NCBI GenBank assembly: GCA_040397625.1 | Contig: JBBAVQ010000001.1 | Coordinates: 1 to 32,106, forward strand | DNA from: Pirellulales bacterium | Lineage (GTDB): Bacteria > Planctomycetota > Planctomycetia > Pirellulales > UBA1268 | Direction of reading: 5' to 3' | Length of the DNA stretch: 32,106 nt | Part shown: one piece after another, positions 8,978-16,437 of the stretch | Numbering within the stretch: the first letter of the stretch is position 1 | How the letters are laid out: every line of letters starts with the position of its first letter | Translations under genes and position numbers: made by a program | The notes under the pieces: model-generated | Seen by the model: only the letters and a program-made list of their open reading frames with translations | Told to the model about the DNA's origin: nothing | Database searches by the model: none

Positions 8978-9066
8978 CCTCCGGGTCGACGAGCCGACAC
9001 CGGAGCCATCCGGCTGCCGGCTTCCCGCCCCCCCCAATGCGGCAGTGCCGCTCTCCGAGGTCGATC

Positions 9067-9837
9067 GTGAGCGAGTCATCCCCGTCGTTCCTGGAACGCC
9101 ACCAGTTTCTGATCTATCGGCTGTTTTCGCTCGCCGGGCTCATTCCGGTCGGTGCGTTTCTGGCGGTCCACCTGCTGACCAATGCCTCCATCCTCGCCGG
9201 GGATGACGGTCGGACGTTTCAGTCGCGGGTGGACATGATCCACTCGCTTGGCCCGCTCCTCGTGCCGATCGAGTGGGCCTTCATCTTTCTGCCAATGCTG
9301 TTTCACGCGGCGGTGGGCTTCGTGATCATCGCGAACGGCCTGCCGAATGTGGGGTCGTATGCCTATGTGGGGAACGTTCGGTACACGCTCCAGCGGGCAA
9401 CCGGCATGATCGCCTTCGCCTTCATCGTCTGGCACATCATGCAACTCCACTGGCTGGGGAAGCCGTTTGGCGGAGGAAACTTCGATCCGCACCATGCAGC
9501 CAGCACGGCCGCCACGGCGCTGCAGCCGATCCTCGTGTCGATCCTTTACTGCATCGGCATCCTCTCGACCGTCTTCCACTTCGCAAACGGACTGTGGACG
9601 CTCGGCATCACCTGGGGACTGTGGACGAGTCCCGCGGCGATGCGGCGGGCCAACGTCGTGAGCATGGTCGTCGGCGTCGGGCTCGCGGCCGCCGGGCTCG
9701 GGGCCCTCGGCGGCTTCCGTTCGCTCGACGTTTCGAGGGCACGCGAAGCTGAGGTCTGGGCCGAGAAGCAGAAGCGGGCCATGTCTGTGCCCGGGGCGGC
9801 CGTGGCCCCGGCGGCGATTCCCACAACCACCCACTGA
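9067..9837 (+). CDS. sdhC: succinate dehydrogenase (or fumarate reductase) cytochrome b subunit, b558 / single-subunit anchor type
   Basis: GTG 9067 lies 7 nt after GAGG. The N-terminus (FLERHQFLIYRLFSLAGLIPVGAFLAVHLLTNASIL) matches the Bacillus-type SdhC start. Five hydrophobic helices carry conserved His residues. It sits immediately upstream of sdhA. ATG 9037 and the track start 8950 are less likely. Confidence 0.8.
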   Translation: MSESSPSFLERHQFLIYRLFSLAGLIPVGAFLAVHLLTNASILAGDDGRTFQSRVDMIHSLGPLLVPIEWAFIFLPMLFHAAVGFVIIANGLPNVGSYAYVGNVRYTLQRATGMIAFAFIVWHIMQLHWLGKPFGGGNFDPHHAASTAATALQPILVSILYCIGILSTVFHFANGLWTLGITWGLWTSPAAMRRANVVSMVVGVGLAAAGLGALGGFRSLDVSRAREAEVWAEKQKRAMSVPGAAVAPAAIPTTTH

Positions 9838-9861
9838 TCCATCACGCAGGATTACCTTCCC

Positions 9862-11853
9862 ATGGCTCAATCGAGGGTTCTCGTCGTCGGCGGCGGCCTG
9901 GCAGGCCTGGCAGCTACCATGCGGCTGGCGGAACTCGGGGTCAACGTCGACCTCGTCAGCCTTGTGCCGGTCAAACGATCGCATAGCGTCTGTGCCCAGG
10001 GAGGCATCAACAGCGTCAACGCCCTCACGCGGCAGCAGGGCGACAGCGAGTGGAAACACCTCGATGACACCGTCTACGGGGGTGACTTCCTTCAGCACCA
10101 GCCGCCCGTCAAGGAGATGGCCGACTGGGGCCCGAAGATCATCGACCTCATGGACCGGCTCGGCGTGCCCTTCAACCGCACGTCGGAGGGGTTTCGCGAC
10201 CAGCGGCGATTTGGCGGCACGCTCTACAAGCGGACCGCCTTCGCCGGGGCCACGACTGGCCAGCAACTTCTGTACGCCCTCGATGAGCAGGTCCGCCGCT
10301 GGGAGGTGGAGGGGAAGGTCAAAAAGTGGGAGTTCTGGGACTTTCTCGGCCCGGTCCTCGATGACTCCGGCCGCTGCCGGGGCGCCGTCTGCCAAGACCT
10401 TGTCACGATGCAGTTCAAGGCCTTTCCCGCCGACGCCGTCGTCCTCGCCACCGGGGGCAACGGGCTCATCTACGGCCGGTCGACAATGTCGATGGTCTGC
10501 ACCGGCAGTGCGGTGAGTCGCGCCTATCAGGCCGGTGCCTGGTACGGAAACGGCGAGTTCATCCAGGTTCACCCCACCGCCATCCCGGGCGCCGACAAAC
10601 TGCGGCTGATGAGCGAGAGCGCCCGCGGTGAAGGGGGCCGGGTGTGGGTGCCGCGAAAGCCGCAGGACCAGCGAGATCCACGGAGCATTCCCGAGGCGGA
10701 GCGGTGCTACTTTCTCGAGGAGAGGTATCCGAAGTACGGCAATCTCGTGCCGCGCGACATCGCCACTCGCGAGATCTTCGACATCTGCACCACCGACGGC
10801 CTCTCCGTGGAGAAAGACCGGCTGTGCGTCTACCTCGACCTGACGCACATTCCGAAGGAGACACTCGACCGCAAACTCGGGGGCATCCTCGAGATCTATG
10901 AGAAGTTCCAGGGCGTCGATCCTCGGGTGACGCCGATGAAGATCTTTCCCGCCGTTCACTACTCGATGGGCGGGCTCTGGGTGGACTACGAGAAGAGCGC
11001 CACGGGCGGTCTGGTGGAAGGTTCGCTCCGCAACCAGCAGACGAACGTTCCCGGCTTGTACGCGATCGGCGAGTGCGACTACCAGTATCACGGCGCCAAT
11101 CGTCTGGGGGCCAATTCGCTGCTCTCCTGCATCTTCAGCGGCCTGTTTGTGGCCCCCACGCTCGTGAACGTCGGCGACGCGGCGGCCACGTCGGGCGGCG
11201 ATCATGTCCGGCTCTTCGATGCGGAGATCCGTCGCCACGAGGAGCGGCATCGTGAGTTGCTCGCCCGGACCGCCGGCGACGAGAACCCGTACACGCTGCA
11301 TCAGGAGCTCGGCAACCTGATGACGCGGGTCGCCACGGTCGTCCGTCGCAACGATCAGCTCGCTGCGGCGTACGACGAGGTGTGCCGGATGGCCGAGCGG
11401 TGGAAGCGGTGCGCCGTATCCGACACCGGCAACTGGACGAACCAAAATGTCGTGTTCACCAAGGCTTTGGGCGACATGTTTCCGATCGCGAAGCTGATCC
11501 TCAAGGGGGCGTTGCTCCGCGACGAGTGCCGCGGCGCCCACTTCAAGCCCGCCTTCTCGATGCCCGGCCTGACGGCGACCGATCCCGAAGGCAAGCGGCG
11601 GGAGGCCGAGCAGTGGTGTGACGCGTTCGAGGCCAACACGCGGAAGTGGCTCAAGTCGACGATCGCCACCTGCGGACCCAATGGCAACCCGGAGATCTCA
11701 TATCAGGACATCGACACGTCGTTGATTCCGCCGCGGCCTCGGCTCTACGGGCTCGTCGGGGGCGACGCGATCGAGGAGGCCTGGCGGGAGCGGGCAGCGA
11801 AGGTGGCCGGTGAGGCGATGGCGAAGGGCAAGACCGTCGGCGTGGGGGCATGA
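9862..11853 (+). CDS. sdhA: succinate dehydrogenase flavoprotein subunit
   Basis: VLVVGGGLAGLAAT dinucleotide fold; RSHSVCAQGGI covalent-FAD His motif; IQVHPTA; RLMSESARGEGG; GECDYQYHGANRLGANSLL; ECRGAHF. Confidence 0.95.
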   Translation: MAQSRVLVVGGGLAGLAATMRLAELGVNVDLVSLVPVKRSHSVCAQGGINSVNALTRQQGDSEWKHLDDTVYGGDFLQHQPPVKEMADWGPKIIDLMDRLGVPFNRTSEGFRDQRRFGGTLYKRTAFAGATTGQQLLYALDEQVRRWEVEGKVKKWEFWDFLGPVLDDSGRCRGAVCQDLVTMQFKAFPADAVVLATGGNGLIYGRSTMSMVCTGSAVSRAYQAGAWYGNGEFIQVHPTAIPGADKLRLMSESARGEGGRVWVPRKPQDQRDPRSIPEAERCYFLEERYPKYGNLVPRDIATREIFDICTTDGLSVEKDRLCVYLDLTHIPKETLDRKLGGILEIYEKFQGVDPRVTPMKIFPAVHYSMGGLWVDYEKSATGGLVEGSLRNQQTNVPGLYAIGECDYQYHGANRLGANSLLSCIFSGLFVAPTLVNVGDAAATSGGDHVRLFDAEIRRHEERHRELLARTAGDENPYTLHQELGNLMTRVATVVRRNDQLAAAYDEVCRMAERWKRCAVSDTGNWTNQNVVFTKALGDMFPIAKLILKGALLRDECRGAHFKPAFSMPGLTATDPEGKRREAEQWCDAFEANTRKWLKSTIATCGPNGNPEISYQDIDTSLIPPRPRLYGLVGGDAIEEAWRERAAKVAGEAMAKGKTVGVGA

Positions 11854-11881
11854 CAGGCGAAACGAACGAGGGAGACTCACC

Positions 11882-12766
11882 ATGATCAAGGCAGTTGATT
11901 CGGCGGCGGATCTCGTGCGCGGTGCGGCCGACCATGCGTCGGACGGCGCGGTCGTGCGGGTTCGGGTGCTCCGTCAGGACGTGGCAGGCGGCGAGAGTTA
12001 CTGGGAGCGGTTCGAGGTTCCCTACGAGCCGAACATGAACGTGATCAGCGTTCTCCAGAAGATCGCCGCTCAGGCGCGGTCTCAGGACGGCCGCAAGGTG
12101 GCGCCGGTCGCCTGGGACTGCAACTGTCTCGAGGAGGTCTGCGGGTCGTGCACGATGCTGATCAACGGTCGCACGCGGATGGCCTGCTCCGCGCTCGTTG
12201 ACCGGCTCCAGGCGGAGGATGGCGACGAGATCGAACTCCGTCCGATGTCGAAGTTCCCGGTCGTCCGCGATCTGGTGGTCGATCGCCGCCGGCTGTTCCG
12301 AGGCCTCGAGAAGGTGAAGGCCTGGGTTCCGGTGGAGGGATCCTACGACCTCGGCCCCGGCCCGCGGATCTCGCCCGAAGAACAGGAAGACGCCTACCCG
12401 CTTTCGGAGTGCATGAGTTGCGGCTGCTGCCTCGAGGCCTGCCCGCAGTACACGAAGGTCGAAGCGGTGCGGCGCGACGGGGAGTCGGAAGCCGAGTTCG
12501 AGAAGCGGCGGAAGGCAGCCTTCGACTCGGGCTTTGTCGGGGCGCACGCGATCAGCCAGGCGGTCCTGTTCAACGCCCATCCGACCGGCAGGATGATCGC
12601 CGACGAGCGGATGGAGGCGCTGACGCGACAGGGTGGCATCCAGATGTGTGGCAACGCCCAGAACTGCGTGGCGGTCTGCCCGAAGCGGATCCCACTGACA
12701 CGGTCGATTGCCCGTGCCGGCCGCGCGGCGACGGTCTGGGCGCTCAAGAGGCTGTTTGACCGCTGA
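11882..12766 (+). CDS. sdhB: succinate dehydrogenase iron-sulfur subunit
   Basis: ATG 11882 is preceded by GAGGGAG. Three Cys clusters are present: CNCLEEVCGSCTMLINGRTRMAC, CMSCGCCLEACP and CGNAQNCVAVCP. The track start 11810 would overlap sdhA by 44 nt and adds an Arg-rich, non-homologous leader. Confidence 0.9.
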   Translation: MIKAVDSAADLVRGAADHASDGAVVRVRVLRQDVAGGESYWERFEVPYEPNMNVISVLQKIAAQARSQDGRKVAPVAWDCNCLEEVCGSCTMLINGRTRMACSALVDRLQAEDGDEIELRPMSKFPVVRDLVVDRRRLFRGLEKVKAWVPVEGSYDLGPGPRISPEEQEDAYPLSECMSCGCCLEACPQYTKVEAVRRDGESEAEFEKRRKAAFDSGFVGAHAISQAVLFNAHPTGRMIADERMEALTRQGGIQMCGNAQNCVAVCPKRIPLTRSIARAGRAATVWALKRLFDR

Positions 12767-12769
12767 AAT

Positions 12770-12786
12770 CGGCCCCGTTCGGGCCG
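12770..12786 (+). terminator. candidate GC-rich stem-loop after sdhB
   Basis: CGGCCC-cgttc-GGGCCG (6-bp stem, 5-nt loop) begins 4 nt after the sdhB stop. There is no downstream U-tract. Confidence 0.3.
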
Positions 12787-12984
12787 GCCGAGTCCGCGGT
12801 GTTTGCCGTTCAGGGCAGGGCGTGGTACCGTTCTCCCATTGACAGGGGCGGCTTTCTCATACGCCGCCAGCCGCTGTGCCGGCATCAGCTGATGGCTGCT
12901 GCCGGCCTTCCGATGCGGGCATCAGGACGCCCCGCGGAGCGATGCGGATGACGTTTCGAGGAAGCAACGAGGCAACGAGTGTTC

Positions 12985-14391
12985 ATGGACAACAGGGCAG
13001 GGCATCCGGCGGAGTCGGGTGCTCCCGCCGAGACGGTTTGCGAGGCAACCGCTCCGCAAGCGGCGGGTGATTTTCGGAATCTGGGACTCTCCGCGGCGAC
13101 GCTCGCCGCCGTCGATCGTGCCGGCTACACCACCCCCACGCCGGTCCAGGCGGGTCTGATCCCGCGGGCCCTCGCCGGCGTAGACGTGCTCGGCCAGGCC
13201 CGTACGGGCACCGGCAAGACGGCGTCGTTTGTGCTGCCGATCCTCGAGCGGATGCTGCAGCCAGGCCGCGGCGGCGGGCCGCGGGCCCTCGTGCTCGTGC
13301 CCACTCGGGAACTGGCCGTACAGGTCAAAGACGAGTTCGAGAAACTCGCCCACGGCTCGAAGATCCACTGCGTCGCCGTCTATGGCGGCAAGCCGATCAA
13401 GGGCCAGATCGACAAACTCGCCAAGCATCCGGCGGTCGTCGTGGGCACGCCGGGCCGCGTGCTCGACCACATGAGCCGGGGCACGATCTCGTTTTCCGCG
13501 CTCGAGATGGTCACGCTCGATGAGGCCGACCGGATGCTCGACATCGGGTTCCGTCCCGACATCGAGAAGATCCTGCGCCGCTGCCCTGAGAGCCGCCAGA
13601 CGCTCCTGCTCTCTGCGACCGTGCCGCCGCCCGTGCAGAAGCTCGCCACGCGGTACATGCGCGATCCCGAGATCATGGACTTCTCGACCAACGAACTGGC
13701 CGTGGAGACGATTGAGCAGCGGTATTTCACCGTCGATCCGACGCGGAAGTTCGACCTGCTCGAGCGGCTTCTCGAGCGGGAGAATCCGCGGCAGGTGATC
13801 GTCTTCTGCCGGACGAAGCGGGGCACCGACAAGATCCACGAGAAGCTTTCGCGGCGACGGAGTCGCAGCCGGGACCACGGGTCGGCCGAAGACGTGGCCT
13901 GCATCCACGGTGACCTCGCGCAGAGTGTGCGCGACCGGGTGATGCGGCAGTTTCGCGATGGGAGCACGCGGATCCTCGTGGCTACCGACGTGGTGGGCCG
14001 CGGGATCGACGTGTCGAGCGTGTCGCACATCGTCAACTACGACATTCCCGAGTTCTGCGACGACTACGTCCACCGCGTAGGACGCACCGGCCGCATGGGC
14101 CGTGAAGGGATCGCCTTCACGTTCGTGTCGCCGGAAGAGGGGCCGCAGCTCACAAGGATTGAGATGCGGATCGAGCGGCTGCTCAAGCGGGACGAGATCG
14201 AGGGTTTTGACGCCTTCGATCGGCGGCCCAAGCCGGCCCCCATCGAGCACGTGCCCACCGGCGGCTTTCAGCGGGCCGCAGCGGCTCCTGCCGGTGAGGC
14301 CGAACCGCCCGCCGAGGCGCCGAAGCGACCGCCGGCGGCGACGCTCCTGGGCAAAGGCCGTGGTCCGAAGCGGCATCGCAGGGCGCTGTGA
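12985..14391 (+). CDS. DEAD-box ATP-dependent RNA helicase
   Basis: Q motif (FRNLGLS...GYTTPTPVQ), ARTGTGKT, PTRELA, LDEADRMLD, SAT, IHGDLAQSVR, ATDVVGRGIDV, HRVGRTGRMG, and a basic C-terminal tail. ATG at 12985; GTG at 12979 is also possible. Confidence 0.93.
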   Translation: MDNRAGHPAESGAPAETVCEATAPQAAGDFRNLGLSAATLAAVDRAGYTTPTPVQAGLIPRALAGVDVLGQARTGTGKTASFVLPILERMLQPGRGGGPRALVLVPTRELAVQVKDEFEKLAHGSKIHCVAVYGGKPIKGQIDKLAKHPAVVVGTPGRVLDHMSRGTISFSALEMVTLDEADRMLDIGFRPDIEKILRRCPESRQTLLLSATVPPPVQKLATRYMRDPEIMDFSTNELAVETIEQRYFTVDPTRKFDLLERLLERENPRQVIVFCRTKRGTDKIHEKLSRRRSRSRDHGSAEDVACIHGDLAQSVRDRVMRQFRDGSTRILVATDVVGRGIDVSSVSHIVNYDIPEFCDDYVHRVGRTGRMGREGIAFTFVSPEEGPQLTRIEMRIERLLKRDEIEGFDAFDRRPKPAPIEHVPTGGFQRAAAAPAGEAEPPAEAPKRPPAATLLGKGRGPKRHRRAL

Positions 14392-15119
14392 ACTTCCGGG
14401 CGCTGAAGCAGCGGCTCGAGAGCCTCGAGGCCGCGGGCGTGACGGAGATTCCGAAGGAGGCGATGCGCGGTCGTCAGCCGACGGCCATGGGAACGATCGC
14501 CGCGACTGTGTCCTCGCCGCCTTCGCAGGCAGTGGTCTCCTCCGCGATCGCCGATGACCGCGTCTCGTCATTGCGGCTCCTGGCAGAGCAGGTGGCCGGC
14601 TGCACGCAATGCCCCGAGCTTGCCGAGGCACGGACGAACACGGTATTCGGCGTCGGACGCCCTGATGCCCGCATCTGCTTTCTTGGCGAAGCCCCCGGGG
14701 CTGACGAGGATGCGTCGGGGGAGCCGTTCGTGGGACGGGCTGGCCAGCTCCTCACGAAGATCATCGAGGCCTGTCATCTTCACCGCGAAGACGTCTACAT
14801 CCTCAACGTGCTCAAGTGCCGTCCGCCCGGCAACCGCCAGCCCGACCCCGGCGAGGTGGCCCACTGCCGCGGCTACTTCGAAAGGCAGTTGGAGCTGATT
14901 TCGCCCCAGTACATCTGCTGCCTCGGCACCACCGCGGCGCAGGCCCTCCTGCAGACGACCGAGCCGATCGGGCACCTGCGAAAGCGATGGTTCACCTACG
15001 GTTCCGCCAAGGTGATCTGCACCTATCACCCTTCCTACCTGCTGCGGACTCCGGCAGCCAAGCGGGATGTTTGGGACGACATGAAGGTCATGATGGCCGA
15101 CATGGGCGTTGACCTCTGA
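14388..15119 (+). CDS. uracil-DNA glycosylase, family 4 (Fe-S, SPO1 polymerase-related type)
   Basis: [19 protein letters not shown]...[27 protein letters not shown]...[17 protein letters not shown]...HCRGYF closely parallels Thermus-type UDGa. The GTG start overlaps the helicase stop (GTGA). The exact start is uncertain because the N-terminal ~60 aa are an extension. Confidence 0.88.
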   Translation: MNFRALKQRLESLEAAGVTEIPKEAMRGRQPTAMGTIAATVSSPPSQAVVSSAIADDRVSSLRLLAEQVAGCTQCPELAEARTNTVFGVGRPDARICFLGEAPGADEDASGEPFVGRAGQLLTKIIEACHLHREDVYILNVLKCRPPGNRQPDPGEVAHCRGYFERQLELISPQYICCLGTTAAQALLQTTEPIGHLRKRWFTYGSAKVICTYHPSYLLRTPAAKRDVWDDMKVMMADMGVDL

Positions 15120-15197
15120 ACCGGTTCACACCGGATCCTCGGGGTGAGTGCGTGGCACATGCAAGCCGACCGGCCTGAAGGACGCCGGCTTCACCGA
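15120..15197. repeat. short diverged copy of the interspersed repeat (arm plus core)
   Basis: accggttcacaccggatcctcgggg followed by tgagtgcgtggcacatgcaagccgaccggcctgaaggacgccgg aligns at roughly 80% by eye to the arm and core at 15490-15560. Confidence 0.5.
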
Positions 15198-15489
15198 GTA
15201 ATACCGGTCACACGTGATCTTCAGGCGTTCACGACGCTCGGGGCCGCCCATGCCCATCGCCGGACGCTCGCTGCGGGCTCCGGCCCTTCGCTCGCTGCAC
15301 GCCGGCTACGCTTCGCCGTTCCTGGCTTCGCTTGCCGCCGAGCCCGGCTCCCGGGCACGGGCAGCCCCTCGCAGCATCATCGCTCGCATGTGATTCTTGA
15401 CGGGGGAGCAGCCGGATCGGAGGCACGCGCAGAAGCCGGTGAGACGTGTGCCACGCGGCGGTCGCTCTGCAGCGGTTGGGCTGAGAATT

Positions 15490-15624
15490 CATACGGTTCA
15501 CGCTCGATCCTCGCCCTCGAGTGCATGGCAGGTGAAAGCCGACCGGCCGTAAGGCCGCGGGCCAATCACGCTGGACGCCGCGTCGTGTGGTGGTTCGCCT
15601 CACGGCGTTGGGCTTCCGCGGCGG
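15490..15624. repeat. interspersed non-coding repeat, copy A (left arm plus core, no recognisable right arm)
   Basis: 15506-15616 aligns to 24669-24786 with 3 substitutions and one 7-nt indel by hand alignment. The 26-nt arm catacggttcacgctcgatcctcgcc (15490-15515) matches the arms of copy B. Confidence 0.8.
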
Positions 15625-15823
15625 TCGAGCGTCCCGACCGCCCGGACGGCCGCTGACCACGGCGTCGGACCTCTCGCCAGGGTTCCGGATTTCCTGAAGA
15701 TTCGGGTCGTGACGATCCGATCTCTGGGGTGGGTCGTGGGGGAGGGGAACAGCCGCTGACTGCGGGCTGGGTCGTGCCGGGGCAACCCGGCCGGCCCGTT
15801 GCGCGGGGAGAGTTCAGGGTTCG

Positions 15824-16435
15824 ATGGATTGTCCTACTCGAACCGTGCCGATCGCGCCTGGTCGGGTCGCCATCATGGCGGTCGCGGCGCTGCTGGCGGG
15901 CTGCACGATGTGCCCCGACCCGTACGACTACTCGGGGCCCGTGCCCAACGGCTCATCCCCGCAAAACAATTTTCGGGCCCGTAGCAACGGTATCCTTCCC
16001 GTCGGCGCCGCCCCGGTGCCGTGGCCGCCGATCGTGAAGGCGAGCGGAGTGAAGGGAGTCGATGGTCCACAACTCGCCGCCGAGCGGAGTGGCAGGGCAG
16101 GGAGGCAGCCGGCTCCGACGCTCGCCGATCCGGCTGTGGAGTCGGCCGCCGGCGACGCCGCCGGGGTCCAGGGCGAGCCGACGAGCGTGCTGGTGACCGC
16201 AGTGGTCGAGGGAGCCAACGCGGAGCCATCGGCAACCGAGGCCGACTCCATGATCCAAGTCATCGGTGAGTCTGGCGGGGAACTGCCTGGAAGTGACGAT
16301 GCCACGGCCAGCGAACGATCAGGGGCCGAGTTGGCACCGTCGTCGCCCGATGGTTCACCGGCACCCGTTGAGTTGAGCGTCGAGGTCCCTCCGCTCGCCG
16401 AAACTCCTGGTTGGCGGCCGCGGCAGGATCGCTGA
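15824..16435 (+). CDS. putative lipoprotein with acidic low-complexity C-terminal half
   Basis: Lipobox AALLAGC, followed by CPDPYDYSGPVP. GC3 is high in this frame in the 5' half, and no homolog is recognised. ATG 15875 is an alternative start. Confidence 0.55.
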   Translation: MDCPTRTVPIAPGRVAIMAVAALLAGCTMCPDPYDYSGPVPNGSSPQNNFRARSNGILPVGAAPVPWPPIVKASGVKGVDGPQLAAERSGRAGRQPAPTLADPAVESAAGDAAGVQGEPTSVLVTAVVEGANAEPSATEADSMIQVIGESGGELPGSDDATASERSGAELAPSSPDGSPAPVELSVEVPPLAETPGWRPRQDR

Positions 16436-16437
16436 CG

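Noticed and set aside
9076-11541. 821-aa minus-strand ORF antisense to sdhC and sdhA
   Set aside because: sdhA is unambiguous on the plus strand, and the antisense product has no recognisable domains.
12839-12867. TTGACA hexamer upstream of the helicase as a promoter
   Set aside because: No acceptable -10 element lies at 16-18 nt spacing (cgccgc at 17 nt), so it is not reported as a feature.
12922-14631. 569-aa minus-strand ORF antisense to the DEAD-box helicase
   Set aside because: All helicase motifs read on the plus strand, so this is a high-GC antisense artefact.
15395-15440. SRP/4.5S-RNA-like string (gggagcagcc)
   Set aside because: It lacks the GGAA tetraloop and the symmetric-loop context of SRP domain IV, so this is a chance partial match.
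15144-15660. ORFs 15144..15656 (+), 15229..15660 (-) and 15377..15565 (-) inside the long intergenic region, plus 24195..24728 (-) and 24667..25137 (+) at the second locus, which share peptide segments
   Set aside because: The shared peptides arise from the DNA repeat. The two copies differ by a 7-nt indel that destroys any common frame. No RBS is present, and the ORFs run into unrelated flanking sequence or into neighbouring genes.
15810-15845. tRNA-like T-arm string (agggttcgatgg)
   Set aside because: It does not fit the GGTTCGANNCC T-loop consensus. No acceptor or anticodon arms could be built, and it overlaps the start of the lipoprotein ORF.
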